Of a DNA stretch of 64,000 nt, positions 61,125 to 64,000 are shown one piece after another; the first letter of the stretch is position 1; each line of letters opens with the position of its first letter. The translations under genes and the position numbers were made by a program. The notes beneath the pieces are model-generated. The model made no database searches, was not told where the DNA came from, and was given only the letters and a program-made list of their open reading frames with translations. This DNA comes from Arenicellales bacterium (GTDB taxonomy: Bacteria; Pseudomonadota; Gammaproteobacteria; Arenicellales; JAJDZL01): contig OZ241380.1 in the NCBI GenBank assembly GCA_965200765.1, positions 2,784,329 to 2,848,328 of the forward strand, in the 5' to 3' direction.

Positions 61125-61943
61125 GTGTCTACTCAGTCGGTAGATTTTACTGTTAACAACAAATCTGGCAATCATTTGAAGATTATTCCCTACATTGGTT
61201 GCAAGGCAGGATTTAAGGAAATATTCGATGTAATAGTTCCTGACAACCTGACATGTCGTATTTACGATGTATTTGGCGGTGGCGGATCGTTCGCTATTTA
61301 TGCGTCTCAAAGATTTGGCTCTCATCTTGTCAATTACAATGACAATAATCCAGTTGTAGTCAATTTAATAAAGCAAGTTCAATCTAGTCCCAAACAGTTA
61401 TGGGAACTATATAACGAGCACTACAGGAAATCTACCGAGGATTACTATTTTCGCGTACGAGAAATGAATATAGACGATACTGTTGAAGGTGCAGCTAATT
61501 TTTTGTATCTTGCTAAAAATGCCTTTTCTGGAAAAATCAGGTTTAATTCTCAAAACAGGTTTAACACACCAATCAGAAAAGGGAGTTCATGCCCCAAGGT
61601 GGAACTGGACTCGCTACTTCAATTGAGTTCAACGATTCAAAATCTGACAATAACAAACTTGGACTACAGGGATTTTGCAAATATTCAGGACTCATTTTTG
61701 TATCTTGATCCGCCATATTTCAACAATTCAAACGGGCATTATAACGGTGTTCTCAATTTAAACGAATTTAATCAGTTTTTGCGAACAATTGAATCCAATA
61801 ACAAGATTGTATTGTCAGAGCAAAATCGTCCGAATATATTTTGTTTGCCTTCTTCATATTCGATACGCACAATCACTCTAAATCGGTCATTGCAATACAC
61901 AACACAGACTTGTAGCAACGAAATTATCGCTTTCAACTATTAA
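61125..61943 (+). CDS. D12-class (Dam-like, alpha-class) N6-adenine DNA methyltransferase, solitary
   Basis: It carries YIGCKAGF, motif I FGGGGSF and motif IV LDPPYF, in the alpha-class order. It uses a GTG start. Confidence 0.85.
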   Translation: MSTQSVDFTVNNKSGNHLKIIPYIGCKAGFKEIFDVIVPDNLTCRIYDVFGGGGSFAIYASQRFGSHLVNYNDNNPVVVNLIKQVQSSPKQLWELYNEHYRKSTEDYYFRVREMNIDDTVEGAANFLYLAKNAFSGKIRFNSQNRFNTPIRKGSSCPKVELDSLLQLSSTIQNLTITNLDYRDFANIQDSFLYLDPPYFNNSNGHYNGVLNLNEFNQFLRTIESNNKIVLSEQNRPNIFCLPSSYSIRTITLNRSLQYTTQTCSNEIIAFNY

Positions 61944-62218
61944 AGGAACATAGACTATGGCGAACAAAATTGCAGCGCAGGGAACTATTGTTGCTTCTGC
62001 AATTCAATATAATTCACAAACAATTGAAGACATTGTTTGCGCGTTTACAAACAATCTGTCAAATTGAAAGTTGAGGGTAGCAATTGCAAGTTGAGAAGGA
62101 GTTGGGCAATATGGATTCGGAACAGAGTACTTCAATGGGTTCAGCCTCTCCTCTAGCGGTAGCATCAAAATTCTTTTTGTTCAGATAGTAAAAGCGTAAA
62201 AAATTACGATACAAGACA

Positions 62219-63025
62219 ATGATTACTTTTCCTGTCATTGACCCGGTAGCATTTGAAATCGGACCGCTTCGCGTCCACTGGTACGGATTGGCATATCTGG
62301 CCGGATTGTTCGGGGCCGTAATACTAGGCAAATACCGCGCAGACCAAATGAAATCACCAATTTCACGCGTAATGGTCACTGACATTGTTGTACACGCTGC
62401 ATTTGGTGCCATCATCGGCGGACGACTTGGTTATGCACTTTTCTACGATCTTGGTCACATGCTGGACAGTCCACTGGACATTATTAAGATTTGGGAAGGC
62501 GGAATGTCTTTCCATGGTGGACTCGCCGGCGCGCTTGTCGGACTATGGTTGTATGCATATCGTAAACATTTTGCCTTTTTCCAGGTCACTGATTTTGTCG
62601 CTCCGCTGATTGCTGTAGGCTTGTTTTTCGGACGTATCGCGAATTTTGTCAATCAGGAGTTATGGGGGCGACCAACCGACTTGCCTTGGGGAATTGTCTT
62701 TCCACTCGACCCCGACCAGCTTGCCAGACATCCTTCACAGTTGTATGAAGCGGCTCTTGAAGGACTCCTGTTGTTCACCATTCTTTGGCTATACTCACGT
62801 GAACCTAGGAAAGTTGGTGCAGTATCTGGCCTTTTCCTTGTTTGCTACGGAACGTTCCGTTTTCTGGTGGAATTTGTGCGAGAACCGGATATTGGCCTTG
62901 GATTCATCATCGCGAATTGGATTACCATGGGACAACTGCTGTCCACACCATTGATTATTGCGGGAATAGCCATTTGGGTAGCAGCAAACCGAAACTACTT
63001 CAATCCTAAAGTAAGCAATGTCTGA
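62219..63025 (+). CDS. lgt: Prolipoprotein diacylglyceryl transferase
   Basis: 268 aa with FPVIDPVAFEIGPLRVHWYGLAYLAG...GGMSFHGGL...GRIANFVNQELWGRPT, the Lgt signature. Confidence 0.95.
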   Translation: MITFPVIDPVAFEIGPLRVHWYGLAYLAGLFGAVILGKYRADQMKSPISRVMVTDIVVHAAFGAIIGGRLGYALFYDLGHMLDSPLDIIKIWEGGMSFHGGLAGALVGLWLYAYRKHFAFFQVTDFVAPLIAVGLFFGRIANFVNQELWGRPTDLPWGIVFPLDPDQLARHPSQLYEAALEGLLLFTILWLYSREPRKVGAVSGLFLVCYGTFRFLVEFVREPDIGLGFIIANWITMGQLLSTPLIIAGIAIWVAANRNYFNPKVSNV

Positions 63026-63518
63026 AATTACAAATGAACAACTATTGCAGTTGCTGGATTCATACAAGCTCGACTATGAACTTCTGGACTGCAACCCGGA
63101 ACTTGCAGATACTGCTGTTTACTGCGAGCATTACGGATGTAATATCGAGGACTGTGCAAACACAATTCTCGTCAAGTCCAAAACCGGTGAAGAAAAATTC
63201 GCGGCTTGCGTGTTGCTGGCAAACTCCCGTTTGAATGTTAATAACGTCATTCGCAAAAAGCTCGGCGCAAGAAAAGCATCCTTTGCGACAGCTGAAGAAA
63301 CACAGCGTATCACCGGCATGACAGTCGGCGGTGTCACTGCTATTGGATTACCGGACTCGGTACCATTGTGGGTTGACCGCTCGGTAATGGACAGAAAGTC
63401 AATCATTCTTGGCGGTGCAAGCCGGTCACTGAAAGTCAAACTATCGCCTGAAATTTTTCTGAATACACCAAACACTGAAATCGTTGAGAATCTGGCGCGA
63501 CCATTCAGCACGAAATAA
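63018..63518 (+). CDS. YbaK/aminoacyl-tRNA deacylase (prolyl-tRNA editing) domain protein
   Basis: 166 aa with NTILVKSKTGEEKFAACVLLANSRLNVN...ITGMTVGGVTAIGLP, typical of the YbaK/ProX family. Its start overlaps the lgt stop. Confidence 0.75.
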   Translation: MSEITNEQLLQLLDSYKLDYELLDCNPELADTAVYCEHYGCNIEDCANTILVKSKTGEEKFAACVLLANSRLNVNNVIRKKLGARKASFATAEETQRITGMTVGGVTAIGLPDSVPLWVDRSVMDRKSIILGGASRSLKVKLSPEIFLNTPNTEIVENLARPFSTK

Positions 63519-63524
63519 GTTTGG

Positions 63525-63866
63525 TCAAATATCCAGTAGTCTGCTGAAAAACGGATACCACGCCGCAAACAGTGCAACCATTGCAATCAAATCATAGAGA
63601 ATCACCTTCTTGTAGCGGCGTATTTCGTCGTCACCCTTGCCACTCATCATAATTCCGCACATGGTCATATCCAGTGGGATCACAAAGAACAGCATCGGCA
63701 CAACTGCCGGTGCAATCAAGGTCGGAAAAATCATCAGTCCGTCAGTCTGCGTTTCTCCTAGAGAAAAAAACGCCAGAAAAATCAAAATGGCGATTGCCAG
63801 ATACAGCAAGACCCTGAGCGTTCCAACTGTAGAAGCAAATTGCTTAAGAAAAACTTTGCTAGCCAT
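63525..63866 (-). CDS. Small hypothetical membrane protein
   Basis: 113 aa with 3 hydrophobic segments. Its ATG overlaps the stop of an upstream partial ORF (ATGGCTAG). Confidence 0.45.
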   Translation of the reverse strand: MASKVFLKQFASTVGTLRVLLYLAIAILIFLAFFSLGETQTDGLMIFPTLIAPAVVPMLFFVIPLDMTMCGIMMSGKGDDEIRRYKKVILYDLIAMVALFAAWYPFFSRLLDI

Positions 63867-64000
63867 GCTTGCCGGTCCGCATGCGCATTTGGTCCCGATA
63901 TTCGATAATTCTTTGCACTAATCCGGGAGTACTGACTGACTCCCGCAAGTCTCTCATATCTGCCTCTCTTGTATCCGGTGTGGTGACTTCGTACATTCTG
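63859..64000 (-). CDS. 3' end of an unidentified gene running off the window
   Basis: An open minus-strand frame reads ...RMYEVTTPDTREADMRDLRESVSTPGLVQRIIEYRDQMRMRTGKHG*, coupled to the next ORF. I recognised no family. Confidence 0.3.
   Translation of the reverse strand, partial: RMYEVTTPDTREADMRDLRESVSTPGLVQRIIEYRDQMRMRTGKHG

Noticed and set aside
60936-61325. 129-aa minus-strand ORF upstream of and overlapping the Dam-like methyltransferase start
   Set aside because: It lies in AT-rich DNA where long stop-free stretches of Ile/Asn/Lys/Tyr/Phe codons arise by chance. It overlaps a gene with clear motifs, and no family was recognised.

Overview
The window looks like a chromosomal segment of a Gram-negative, probably marine gammaproteobacterial-type genome. 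That taxonomy is inferred from gene content only. The backbone is housekeeping and metabolic and looks about 50-60% GC in spot counts. It carries tandem narK transporters, yejBEF-like ABC genes, a cobalt-type nitrile hydratase cluster and a YadGH-like ABC-2 exporter. It also carries a complete propionate/methylmalonyl-CoA operon (prpE-mcm-pccB-pccA-mce), acyl-CoA ligase, phasin, GGT, Ada-like, lgt and ybaK-like genes.

Several AT-rich accessory pockets interrupt this backbone:
- About 8.65-13.95 kb is a defence-island-like insert. It holds toxin-antitoxin debris, a DUF4143 ATPase and a same-strand trio of HNH nuclease, orphan 211-aa protein and DUF3696-type ABC/AAA15 ATPase. I consider this trio the best candidate for an undescribed system.
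- About 39.8-44.45 kb holds an ORF-poor stretch, a DUF2971 gene and a Fic gene bracketed by inverted, decayed IS630 transposase remnants.
- Two solitary DNA methyltransferases lie at about 48.5 kb and 61.1 kb.

Two surface-protein clusters are present. One is a pair of tandem ~1200-aa autotransporter paralogues (26.3-33.9 kb). The other is four consecutive lipoprotein hydrolases, including two NalP/SphB1-like subtilase autotransporters (51.9-60.6 kb).

The nitrile hydratase beta subunit is split by a single in-frame TAG, with an SD-preceded restart. I recognised no tRNA, rRNA or CRISPR array by eye. All calls rest on manual motif reading of the supplied ORF track, and no database search was run.
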